DNA of 64,000 bases from Ostreococcus lucimarinus (Eukaryota). The notes beneath the pieces are model-generated. The model saw only the letters and a program-made list of their open reading frames with translations, was not told where the DNA came from and ran no database searches. Shown here in pieces: positions 19,373 to 29,051 of the stretch; the first letter of the stretch is position 1, and each line of letters opens with the position of its first letter. The position numbers and the translations under genes are program-made. The DNA is taken from NCBI GenBank assembly GCA_000092065.1, contig CP000584.1; one strand, 5' to 3'.

Positions 19373-20503
19373 ATGGCGCCGAACGACGGCGAACGAACGG
19401 CGTTCGCGCTGAAGATCGCGCGAGGGCGCGTCGTGGAGGTGACGAAGACGAACGGGGAGACGATCGAGGGGGTGTTCGCGGAGACGACGAAGAACGGCGG
19501 CGAGGCGACGATCAAGTACGGATGGACGAAACGCGAGGCGGGGGCGAAAGAGCGGGCGCAGAGGAGCAAACCGATGGAAACGATGGCGATCGCGATGGAT
19601 GAGATCGCGAGCATCACGGCGAGAGACGTGGGGATGAGCGATTTGGCGGTGGGGCCGAGTCGAATGAACGACGACTTCACCGACGGCGGCATCTCGAGAG
19701 GGGCGACGGGACAGGATCGCGAACTCGTCGCGTGGGCGCCGGAAGAGGGCGATGGAGCGAGTGGGATGACGCTCGAGGAAGAGGCTGGGATCGGGGCGAA
19801 GAAGGCGGCGGCGGCGGCGTGGGGGAAGAAATCCGGCGGACAGTGGGACCAATTCTCCGCCAATAAGCAACTCTTCGGCGTCGACACCAAGTTTGACGAA
19901 TCCTTGTACACGACGACGATCGATAAGGCCAAGGGAGGGATCTCCGAAGCCGAGGCCGCGCGCATCGCGTACGAGATTCAGAATCAAATCTCGGACAACC
20001 CGCACGTCGCGGAGGAACGTGGCCAAAAGGCGCTCGCGGATTACGACGAAGAGGAACGATACTCCTCGGTGTTGCCCACGCCGAAAGGCGCGGCGCCGCC
20101 GACGCCGGCGTGGGGCTCGGGCAAGGTGCCGAGCACCGTCGCGCAGCACGCGGAAAAGAAGCCCGCGGGTGAGAAGGCGAAGGACGTCGCCCAGCCCGCG
20201 GACGCGTCCAAGTCCAAGCTCAACGCCGACGCCAAGTCTTTCTCTCTCAGCGCCAAGGCGGCCGAGTTCGTGCCGACGTTCAAAAAGCCAGCCGCGCCGC
20301 AAGTGCCGCCCACGGGACCGCAAATGATGATGTACCCGGGTATCCCGCAAATGCAAGGCCAAATGATGTACATGCCGCAAATGGGCATGGGCGTTCCGCC
20401 GCAAATGCGAGGCATGATGCCGGGTATGCCGTACATGCCGCAACAAGGCATGGGCGTCCCGCACGGTGCGCCTCCCACACGACCACCCGAGGGTGAGAAC
20501 TGA
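19373..20503 (+). CDS. ataxin-2/Pbp1-like protein (Lsm + LsmAD + PAM2 motif), CID-type
   Basis: Sm-like N-terminus (RTAFALKIARGRVVEVTKTNGETIEGVF). LsmAD (KKSGGQWDQFSANKQLFGVDTKFDESLYTT). PAM2 (SKLNADAKSFSLSAKAAEFVPTF). M/P/Q-rich tail. The real start is ATG 19373 inside ORF 18428..20503. Confidence 0.75.
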   Translation: MAPNDGERTAFALKIARGRVVEVTKTNGETIEGVFAETTKNGGEATIKYGWTKREAGAKERAQRSKPMETMAIAMDEIASITARDVGMSDLAVGPSRMNDDFTDGGISRGATGQDRELVAWAPEEGDGASGMTLEEEAGIGAKKAAAAAWGKKSGGQWDQFSANKQLFGVDTKFDESLYTTTIDKAKGGISEAEAARIAYEIQNQISDNPHVAEERGQKALADYDEEERYSSVLPTPKGAAPPTPAWGSGKVPSTVAQHAEKKPAGEKAKDVAQPADASKSKLNADAKSFSLSAKAAEFVPTFKKPAAPQVPPTGPQMMMYPGIPQMQGQMMYMPQMGMGVPPQMRGMMPGMPYMPQQGMGVPHGAPPTRPPEGEN

Positions 20504-20775
20504 GCTCGCGTTCGCGTACACAACGAGCGAGTGCGTTCCATAGGCGTCGCGCGCGCGCCATCCGAAACCGTCAAACCGTCGACGCGCTCGCTCGACGTTT
20601 GATTTTGTCCGTCTCCGACGACGCAATAACACATTACCGACAAAACATATTATCCAGGCGACTCCGACGGCGCGTCGCGTCTTCGCCTTTCGCGACCGTC
20701 GACGCGAGCGCGAAACGACGTCCCGACGGGACGACTGGCGACCCCGCGCGGCGGTTACCGCACATCGCGCCGACG

Positions 20776-21897
20776 ATGCGCGTCGCGCGCGCCTTCGTCG
20801 TCGCTTTCGCGCGCGCGCGCCCGCGAGTGACGCGCGCCGCGCGTCCGAGCGCGCCCGCGACGAAACCGCGCGTCTGCGCCCCCCTCTGCGCGTCCGCCGA
20901 CGACCGCGCGCTGCACAGCCTCGACGGCTGCGACGACGCCAGCGACGCGCCGTACGTCGTCGTCAAGCGCGTCGACGCCCACGACGTCGGCGCGCTCGGT
21001 GATGTGTTACTTTCTCTCGGTGCCTCGTCCGTGTCGACGATCGACGCCGACGCGGGGACGGAGGACGAGCACGAAATCTTCAGCGCCAACACGTTCGAGG
21101 AGCAGGCGAGCGACAAGACGAAGGCGCGCGTTTGGGCGAAGTGCCACGTGACGGCGTACTTTGAAGATCACGCGCGAGCGCGCGCGGGAATCGAGGCGGC
21201 GGAAGAAATTTTGGGGATTTCGTTGGAAGCGTCGTACGCGGAGTCGAAATCAAACGATTGGGTGCAGGCGGTGAAGGATAGCTTTACGCCGACGAAAATC
21301 GCGGACGGGCTGTACATCGTGCCGGATTGGTGTAAAGACGTCGATGCGAACGCTGTGAACATCGCGCTGGAGCCGGGCATCGCGTTCGGTACCGGTGAAC
21401 ATCCGACGACGCGGTTGTGCCTGCGCTGGCTGAAACAGACTTTGGCGAGGCGAGGGAAGACCGAGCTCGTGGTCGATTTCGGATGCGGCTCGGGCGTACT
21501 CGCGATCGGAGCGCTCGTCATGGGGGCCGACCGCGCGGTGGGCGTGGATTTGGCGAAACAAGCCGTGCAGAGTTCTATCGACAACGCCAAGTTGAATGGT
21601 GTGGAGGATCGCTTGACGACGTATCTTGGCGACGGACGCGATCCCGGAACTCCGGGCGCGAACGGGCAGGCGGACGTCGTCGTCGCGAATATTTTAATCG
21701 GCCCCGTGCTCGAGTTGGAGCCACTCTTCGCGGGGTACTGTAAAGTCGGTGGCGAAATCGCGTTGAGTGGGATTTTATACGGTGAGCAGAGCGCATCTGT
21801 CGTGGCAAAGTACGCGCGTCATTTCGACAATATTTGCGTCGTCGAGGAAGGTGGGTGGGCGTGCGTGCACGGCGTACGAAACGGAACGCCAGTCTGA
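20776..21897 (+). CDS. prmA: ribosomal protein L11 methyltransferase (PrmA), organellar-type with presequence
   Basis: PrmA signature GTGEHPTTRLCLRWL. SAM motif VVDFGCGSGVLAIGAL, then VANILIGPVLELEPLF. R/A-rich N-terminal presequence. ORF opens at 20599; ATG 20776 is the preferred start. Confidence 0.75.
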   Translation: MRVARAFVVAFARARPRVTRAARPSAPATKPRVCAPLCASADDRALHSLDGCDDASDAPYVVVKRVDAHDVGALGDVLLSLGASSVSTIDADAGTEDEHEIFSANTFEEQASDKTKARVWAKCHVTAYFEDHARARAGIEAAEEILGISLEASYAESKSNDWVQAVKDSFTPTKIADGLYIVPDWCKDVDANAVNIALEPGIAFGTGEHPTTRLCLRWLKQTLARRGKTELVVDFGCGSGVLAIGALVMGADRAVGVDLAKQAVQSSIDNAKLNGVEDRLTTYLGDGRDPGTPGANGQADVVVANILIGPVLELEPLFAGYCKVGGEIALSGILYGEQSASVVAKYARHFDNICVVEEGGWACVHGVRNGTPV

Positions 21898-22016
21898 TTG
21901 ATGGTTCTTCGTCGTCATTGTTATTGTGTCGTAGTTTTCTAATACAAAAATTCGCGTGCGCGCGCATATTAACAAAAATTACGAATCCAGTCGTCGTCTA
22001 CATTGCTCGCTTAACA

Positions 22017-23942
22017 TCATTCGCTCGAAACCGGCTCTTTTCCGCCGCCGCCGCACACCTCTTCGCCGTCTTCTTCGCTTTCGTCACCGAGCATAAAGGC
22101 ATCCGACTGCATCGCATTCTTCTGCATAGAGATAGTCGTACCTTTACTCACGCTCGGCGTACCACCGACGCGATTGAAAGTTGTTCCCGGTTGATCCATG
22201 CGCGATTCCGTGCCGGTGGCGTGCGACGGGCTGTCTGGTCGGCGCAAGTGCGTACCGTCAAGCATCGCTCGTGTATCCATGGCAGCGTTATCGTCGACGT
22301 TTTGGAAAGAGCTGAACCCACCTCCGAAAACTCCAGCACTCATGGCGCCATCGGTTTCCCCCTCAACTTCACCGTGCATACCCAAGCCACCGCTGGCGAC
22401 GTAGCCGGCGTTGGGGTAAGAGAACAGTTGCCCGCCCTGCGCGCTCGATCCCGCCATGCCGCTCATGGGCATCGTCCCCCAGGACACTCCTCCCGGTGCG
22501 CCGATGAACGACGATGCGATACCACCCCGTCGTGGTGCGTGGAGAGCGACATCACGTCGGTGAGTGGCTTCGCGCAAATCCGCGACGAGCCCCGGATCAT
22601 CGGGCGTCATTTCCAACGCCTTGGTCAAGTCGCCGATGGCGGTGCCGAAATCTCCCTCGGTCACCGCGGCGAGCGCTCGCGCCTTGAGTGCGAGTGCATT
22701 GTTCGGTTCGCGCGCGAGCGCGCGAGCTGCGAGTTCACCCGCTCGCACGGGATCGGCTCTCCGAAGCGCGCACGCGCTCGCTTCGAGCAAGCACGCCGTC
22801 TTCAACTGTGAATTTCGCTCCGACGATCCACCCGTCTCTTCGGTTTCAAACATTTCAATTTGATCGATAAATCGCAGGGCGTGTCCGTACGCGCGCTCGG
22901 CGGTGCCGAAATTCTCGATCGCCTTGAGCGCATCCGCGCGAGCCTTGAGCTCGAGCGACGCCGGAACGAGCGATTCTCGCGGTACGTCCCACGGTTCTTG
23001 ATTATCCCACCGCGTCGGCGCGGGCAGAATGATTTGCTTCGATTCGACCTCGGTACCGACACCTGCCGCTCCTCCCTCACCGGCGAGCAAGCTTCCAGCC
23101 GCCTTGATGTCGCCACATTCCACCTCTTCGCTATTGCCCAGGCCCGAATCCGCGCGCCCGCCTTCGCCGCGCGAATTCGTAAGCCTCTGCGCCTCGGTCG
23201 AATCCACCGGACGCGCGCGGTCGCTCGACACCGCCGCCGTGTTCGAATCTCCCGCACTATTCGCCGGCCGCTGTGCGTGTCCGTGCACCGTGCTCGAACT
23301 CCCCGTCGCGCCTCCGCGCCCGCCGACGCGACTTCGCGTCAACCCGGGCGCCGCGCCGCGCCGCGCCGCGCCGTCCGCATTCGTCGCGTCGACCGTCGCC
23401 GCCGCCTCCTCACCCATCGCCCGCGCGCGCGCCCTCACATTCCCGGCTTCGTCTCCGTTCACGACGTCGTCGTTCGACCGCACGGCTTGCGAGTTTTGAA
23501 TCGAGTGCGTCGCCGCGCGTCGCGCCCCTTCGTCCCCGATCACCGTGGCGTGTCCCGGATTTTCGATCGACCGCGTCACCGCCGCCGCGTCCACCGCGGG
23601 CATTCGTGTCTCGTATCCGCCGTCGTCGTCCAAGTCTCTCGCGGACCGTTCGACGTCCGCGTCGTCGTCCGCGTCTTCGTCCCCTCGTCGCGTCCCGCGT
23701 CCCCGTCGCCGCGCTTCGCCCGCGCCGCCCGCGCCGCCCATCCCGAACGCCGATCCCGACGATTGCGCCGCGCGCGTCGCCGCGGCGCGCTCGGGCGACG
23801 CCCGCAGCGCGTCGTCGTCGAGGCGTTCGGCGCCGTCCGTTCGCATCAGCATCGGACTCAGATGGGTGTCACCCTCGGACGTCGTCGCGTCGAGCGTCGC
23901 CAGCGACGCCGCGCCCGTGGATCCGCCCGCGCTGCGCGCCAT
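22017..23942 (-). CDS. TPR-repeat protein with long disordered N-terminus
   Basis: The C-terminal third has tandem TPR-like helices (AERAYGHALRFIDQ.., ARALAREPNNALALKARALAAV.., GTAIGDLTKALEMTPDD). ORF 22017..24437, but the first 165 codons are R/D/V low-complexity, so the start is set at ATG 23942. Confidence 0.5.
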   Translation of the reverse strand: MARSAGGSTGAASLATLDATTSEGDTHLSPMLMRTDGAERLDDDALRASPERAAATRAAQSSGSAFGMGGAGGAGEARRRGRGTRRGDEDADDDADVERSARDLDDDGGYETRMPAVDAAAVTRSIENPGHATVIGDEGARRAATHSIQNSQAVRSNDDVVNGDEAGNVRARARAMGEEAAATVDATNADGAARRGAAPGLTRSRVGGRGGATGSSSTVHGHAQRPANSAGDSNTAAVSSDRARPVDSTEAQRLTNSRGEGGRADSGLGNSEEVECGDIKAAGSLLAGEGGAAGVGTEVESKQIILPAPTRWDNQEPWDVPRESLVPASLELKARADALKAIENFGTAERAYGHALRFIDQIEMFETEETGGSSERNSQLKTACLLEASACALRRADPVRAGELAARALAREPNNALALKARALAAVTEGDFGTAIGDLTKALEMTPDDPGLVADLREATHRRDVALHAPRRGGIASSFIGAPGGVSWGTMPMSGMAGSSAQGGQLFSYPNAGYVASGGLGMHGEVEGETDGAMSAGVFGGGFSSFQNVDDNAAMDTRAMLDGTHLRRPDSPSHATGTESRMDQPGTTFNRVGGTPSVSKGTTISMQKNAMQSDAFMLGDESEEDGEEVCGGGGKEPVSSE

Positions 23943-25120
23943 GTCGGCGCGCGCGACGCGCGAAGACGCGTCGCGGTGTGCGACTCGGCGGCGTCCGCGC
24001 GGCGGGCGACGCGAACGCGAACGCGAGACGCGCGCGAACGTCGAGGTCGATATCCCGAATCGTCGATGTGAATGAATTACACGAATCACACAAAAAGTTA
24101 GTTCGTTTCCCAGCGCTCGCTCGTCGCGATGACGCGTCGAAATCGCCCGTCGTCGCGTCACCGCGCGTTGGGATCGAGCGGAAACGACGCGCGCGCCGCG
24201 TCGCTCGGAAACGGAAACGGAAACGCGACGCCGACGCCGACGCCCGCGATCGCGCGCATCGCGTCGATCGTCATCGTCGACGACGACGACGACGACGCGC
24301 GGTGCGCGTGACGCGCACCGCGACGCCCGCCGCCGCCGCGTCCCGTCGACGCCGGCTCGCCTCCGTCTCGCGCCGGCGACGACGCGTCTAGAACTTCGTC
24401 GTCCGTCGCCTCCTCCGTCGTCATCTCCGCGTCCCACGAAGCGAGTCGTCCCGTCATCGTCGACGTCGACGTCGTCGGCGTCTCCGAGTCGTTCGCTTCC
24501 TCGCGCTCGCGCTCGCGCTCGTCCCGCCTCGCGTCTCGCTTGGCCAGTCGTCCGTCGCGCACGCCGACGGCTTCGACGTACGCGTCTCGTCTTCGCTTGC
24601 GCCCGCGCGCCGCGCGCGCGGCGTCACCGTCGTCGTCCATGGAATCCACGTCGCACGCGGCGCGCGCGCGCGCGTTTTCGAACGAACGCGCGAACCACCG
24701 GTCGGTGATTGATTGTATTGATTTTTGAACGCGATGCGCTCGAGCTCGACGCCGCGACGACGCGACGACGCGACGACGCGACGCGCGACTACCGACGACG
24801 CGACGACGACGATCGCGACCGATCGGATCGATCGCGCGTCTCGCGGTGTCGCGCGCGCGGCGTCGAACGCGCGTCTTCCATCGATCGATTCGACGCCCGC
24901 GTCTTCTCGGCGACCGACCGAACGCGACCGACGACGCGATCGCGACGAACGGCGCGTTCGACCGACGTCGAGATCGAAATCGAACGATCGCACCGCGATC
25001 GATCGGTGCGATCGAACCTCGACGCGTCGATCGAACGATCGTCGAATCGCGCGATCGACCCATCTGGATCGCCGTCGGCGCCGACGTCACGCCCGGCGGC
25101 ACAGCGCGACGGACGACGCC

Positions 25121-25331
25121 ATGAGCGACTGGGCCGACGACAGCGGCGATTTACCACCCCTGAGCGCGGGACTGCCGCCGCCACCGACGACGACGACGAC
25201 GACGACGATACCGAAACCGTCGACGTCGGTGCCGGCGCCGCAGGTCGCGTCGCCGCAGAAATCGGGATACGTCCCGCCGCATCTGCGGAATCGGCACGCG
25301 GCGGCGGGCGACGGCGGGTCGCGAGGATTCG
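25121..25331 (+). CDS. DDX3/Ded1-like DEAD-box helicase, exon 1 (eIF4E-binding YxPPHLR motif)
   Basis: MSDWADDSGDLPPL...SGYVPPHLRNRHAAAGDGGSRGFG ends at TTCG|GTGCGT (donor at 25332). Unspliced, the frame hits a stop at ~25397. Not linked to the helicase ORF in the track. Confidence 0.6.
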
Positions 25332-25579
25332 GTGCGTCGACGACGACGGCGCGACGCGCGCGAACGACGGCGACGGCGACGACGAGAGGGAATTTTTAAT
25401 CGATCGATCGCGCGCGCGCGATGACGCGCGAACGCGTCGCGCGAGAGAGGGGACGCACGCGATCGCGATCTCGACCGCCCCGCACGATGGCGACGGGCGA
25501 TAACATTGAGGCGTAACCCTGGACGAGCGCCGAGGCGGGCGACTGACGACGAACGACGCGCGCGGTTCCGATCGAGCAG
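25332..25579 (+). other. spliceosomal intron (248 bp) of the DDX3-like gene
   Basis: GTGCGT donor, CGACTGACGAC branch site, GAG/CAG acceptors at 25576/25579 (both in phase 1). The CAG is chosen. Confidence 0.55.
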
Positions 25580-27193
25580 GCGGTGACGATAGACGAGGCG
25601 ATGGATGGGATACCGGACGCGACCGCGGCGGCGGTGGATGGGGCGGCGGCGGCGGCGGTGGATGGGGCGGCGGCGGCGGCGGCGGACGGTTTTCGCGCGG
25701 GGAAGACTACGGCGGGACGTCGTTCGGGCGGCGAGACGATCGCGGGGGAGGAGGCGGAGGATGGGACACCGGACGGTCGCGATTCCGCAGAGAAGATAAC
25801 CCGTTCGCGCAAATGGAAGAGGAAGAAGCGGCGGCGGCGAGAAACGATCCTGACTCCGAGGCGACGAAGATGTTTACCGGCGAAAACACCGGTTTGGACT
25901 TTGACCTGTACGACGACATTCCCGTGGAGACGAGCGGACGCGACGTGCCGGAGCCCATCACTTCGTTCGTCGACCTCGACCTCGGGGCGGCCGTGAACAC
26001 GAACATCAAGAGATGCAAGTTTAAGAATCCGACGCCGGTGCAAAAGTACGCCATTCCAGCTTCGCTGGCGGGAAGAGATTTAATGGCGTGCGCGCAGACG
26101 GGTTCCGGTAAAACGGCGGCGTTTTGCTTTCCCATCATCGCCGGTATCTTGAAGCGCGGTCTTCAAGGCGGTCATATGAACCGCAAGACGTATCCTCTCG
26201 CGCTCGTGCTTTCGCCGACGCGCGAATTGGCGAGCCAGATTCACGAAGAATCGCGGAAGTTCGCGTACCAAACCGGCGTCGCCTCGTGCGTCATCTACGG
26301 TGGCGCTCCGGCGGTGGAACAATTCCGCGCCATGGAACGCGGGTGCGACATTCTCGTCGCCACGCCGGGTCGTTTGATCGATCTCATCGATCGCGCTAAG
26401 ATCTCGTTGAGCAGAGTTCAATATCTCGCGCTCGACGAGGCGGATCGCATGTTGGATATGGGTTTCGAGCCGCAAATTCGACAAATCGTCGACGAGCGCG
26501 ACATGCCGCGATGTGGCGAGCGTCAAACGATGTTGTTCTCCGCAACGTTCCCGAGGGAAATCCAGCGAATGGCTTCGGACTTCTTGGACGATTACGTCTT
26601 TCTCACGGTCGGTCGCGTCGGCTCTTCGCACGCGTTGATCACGCAATCCGTCGAGCGCGTGACTTCGTACCACGAAAAGAGCAATATGCTTCTCGATTTG
26701 GTCGAAGCCGTGCCGGGTTTGACTTTGGTTTTCGTCGAAACGAAGCGAGGTGCGGACCAGCTCGAGGATTTCTTGTACCAAAACGGTAAGCCCGCGACGA
26801 GCATCCACGGCGATCGCACGCAGCAGGAGCGCGAGGCGGCGTTGAAATCCTTCCGAGCGGGTAAGACGCCCATCCTCGTCGCCACGGACGTCGCGGCGAG
26901 AGGTTTGGATATTCCTCACGTCACCCACGTCATCAACTTTGACTTGCCATCGGATATCGACGACTACACGCACCGCATCGGTCGTACCGGGCGCGCGGGG
27001 AAGAAGGGTCGGGCGACGGCGCTGTTTTTAGAATCCAAAGACGGCCAAATGGCTCGCCCGTTGACGGAGCTCATGAGCGAGGCGAACCAGGAAGTGCCGA
27101 CGTGGTTGACGCAAATCTCTGGCCATTCCTTCGGCGGTGGTGGACGTCGTCGCGGTGGTGGTGGCGGGAATAGATTCGGCGGTCGCGACTACC

Positions 27194-27240
<47 letters not shown>

Positions 27241-27255
27241 TGGGGCCGCGAGTAA
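25580..27255 (+). CDS. DDX3/Ded1-like DEAD-box helicase, exon 2 (G/W-rich linker + helicase core + Gly-rich tail)
   Basis: Frame is open upstream of the track ORF (25813..27255) and encodes a DDX3-like RGG/GW region ([25 protein letters not shown]...[30 protein letters not shown]). Acceptor CAG|G at 25579, 31 nt after the ACTGAC branch site. Core motifs [29 protein letters not shown]. (GGC)15 Gly tail. Confidence 0.65.
27196..27240 (+). repeat. (GGC)15 microsatellite encoding the poly-Gly tail of the DDX3-like helicase
   Basis: Direct read. Confidence 0.85.
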
Positions 27256-27617
27256 ATCGACCCGCCTCGCGCGTTCGCGTTCCGAGTATGAAATCCTAGA
27301 TGTGTGCATCTGTTAGATGTTAGACATTCGTGTTGTGACTATTTTCTACACTATCCCACTACGCCATCACACGTCCCCTCGCGTCTCGGCCGCCGACAAA
27401 GACGACGAAGCCTCGACTCGACGAAAACGGTCCCGCGCCCGCCCCCCTCGCAAAAGATTCCTCTTCGGCACGCGTAGGAATAAAAAACCAAAATCACCCC
27501 GAAACCCCGTATACAACGTGAAACGAGTCGATGTACCGCGCACCCCATTTGTGCGACGGCGTCCCCCGCCTCGTCGTCGCGGCGTCGTCGTCGCGGCATC
27601 GCGCGACGCGTCGGACG

Positions 27618-27680
27618 ATGAAGTTCGGTCAGCTCTTCGCCGCGACGACGGCGTCGATGGCGCCGAACGTGCGAGAGCAG
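27618..27680 (+). CDS. SPX-domain protein, exon 1 (21-codon micro-exon MKFGQLFAATTASMAPNVREQ)
   Basis: MKFG is the canonical SPX N-terminus. CAG|GTGCGC donor at 27681. The exon lies inside a junk ORF (27531..28034) in the track. Confidence 0.55.
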
Positions 27681-28020
27681 GTGCGCGACGCGAACGCGCG
27701 AGCGCCCGGAACGACGCGACGACGACCGCGCGAACGACGACCGCAAAACGGGGCGACGGGCGATGGCGCGGTAGAATATTCCCAGCGCGCGACCGTCGCG
27801 GAGGGGGGGGGAGGGCGCGCGTCGCGCGCGTCGCGCGCTCTAAAGAGAGACAAGAATGCGCGCGAAGGATGCGCGCGAGGACGCCGCGAATGGGGACGGT
27901 TCGCGCGCGATGGTGGGCGTCGAGCGCGCGAAGACGGCGAACGGAGGGCGGCGAGACGCGCGAACGACTCGAGGGCGTTGACTGACGGATTCACGCGATG
28001 CACGCGCGCGGGAAGCGTAG
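27681..28020 (+). other. spliceosomal intron (340 bp) of the SPX gene
   Basis: GTGCGC donor. TTGACTGACGG branch site 33 nt before the AG acceptor. Confidence 0.5.
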
Positions 28021-28752
28021 TTTTTGGATTATAAACTCTTGAAACAGGTGTTAAAGACACTTCCGGAGAATAAGGGCGATGTGAAGCCCGCGACGGCGGG
28101 GGAGGTTCACGCGGGGGAGCGGGCATTCGTGCAGGCGCTGTCCAACGAGTTGAAGAAGTTTAACGAGTTCTTCATGAACAGAGAGGAGGAAATCGTCATG
28201 AAGGAGGGTCATTTGCAGCAGTTATTCGATCAGAACGAAGAGCGCATCGCGAGCGCGTTGAGCGCGGGGGTGTACGACGACGCGTGTTTGGCGGGAGACA
28301 CGGGCATTTGCCAGAAATTTGCCAACTTTCACGGAGAGCTCGTGTTGTTGGAGCACTGGACCAATTTAAACTACGCGGCTTTGGTGAAAATTTTGAAGAA
28401 GCACGATAAGCGATCGAGCTTGGCGCTGCGTTCTCCTTTCCTAGTCAACGTCCTGCAGCAGCCTTTCTACAGCACGGAGGTGCTCACGGCGATGATCGGT
28501 CGCGCCGAGGAGCGATTCCGCGCCATCGAGCACAGGATTCGAGAATTCTTGGGCGAGCACGTCCCGCGCGCTGAGCTCGGGACATCGCCGCAGGTGCAAC
28601 TGAGGGTATCATCGGACGGAAGCGAGATTAGCGACGACGACGACGACGCCTATTCCATCGAGCACACCAAAGCCGCTCTGAACTGCTGGCAAGGTTTGGA
28701 CAAGAGCGAGGCTTTGCAAAACCCGCTCGGCACGCCTCACGACGTTCAGTGA
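28021..28752 (+). CDS. SPX-domain protein, exon 2
   Basis: The track ORF 28024..28752 starts at a TTG, not an ATG. Joined in phase 0 after acceptor TAG| at 28020 it reads ...REQ|FLDYKLLKQVLK (SPX YIDYKxLKK box). Further SPX boxes: LKKFNEFFMNREEE and LNYAALVKILKKHDK. Confidence 0.7.
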   Translation, partial: FLDYKLLKQVLKTLPENKGDVKPATAGEVHAGERAFVQALSNELKKFNEFFMNREEEIVMKEGHLQQLFDQNEERIASALSAGVYDDACLAGDTGICQKFANFHGELVLLEHWTNLNYAALVKILKKHDKRSSLALRSPFLVNVLQQPFYSTEVLTAMIGRAEERFRAIEHRIREFLGEHVPRAELGTSPQVQLRVSSDGSEISDDDDDAYSIEHTKAALNCWQGLDKSEALQNPLGTPHDVQ

Positions 28753-29051
28753 AAACTTACGCACTAGTTTCTCGCACTCCCACCGCGCGTCGTGACATCT
28801 CGCGCGTGAATGACGCATATTACCCTAGCTCAGCCACACGTCTGGCTGACCACCATTCTTTCCTTGTTGTAAGCTTTTTTTGTTAACTTGGCCTCGAACC
28901 GTCTTGTCTCGCGCGCGCGCATCACGAGCCATTCATCCGCGCGTCGTCGGACCGATCGATCGGCGCCGAAGCGAAGGGACGCCACGCACTCACCTCCAGA
29001 GTCGAGACCGCGCGCGCGCGACATCGACGCGCGCTCGATACGACGGCGCAA

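Noticed and set aside
18971-20632. 553-aa minus-strand ORF
   Set aside because: It is antisense to the ataxin-2-like gene and its leader. R/H/L-rich with no motifs.
22860-25503. Cluster of 300-400 aa ORFs (22860..24071, 23273..24391, 24158..25102, 24709..25503)
   Set aside because: They are antisense to the TPR gene or lie in the low-complexity intergenic or 5' UTR region. Only the 25121..25331 segment of the last one is coding (DDX3-like exon 1).
25620-25690. GGCGGCGGCGGTGGATGGGGCGGC tandem repeat as non-coding simple sequence or an introner element
   Set aside because: It lies in an open frame contiguous with the helicase ORF and encodes a DDX3-typical G/W-rich linker. It was reassigned to exon 2.
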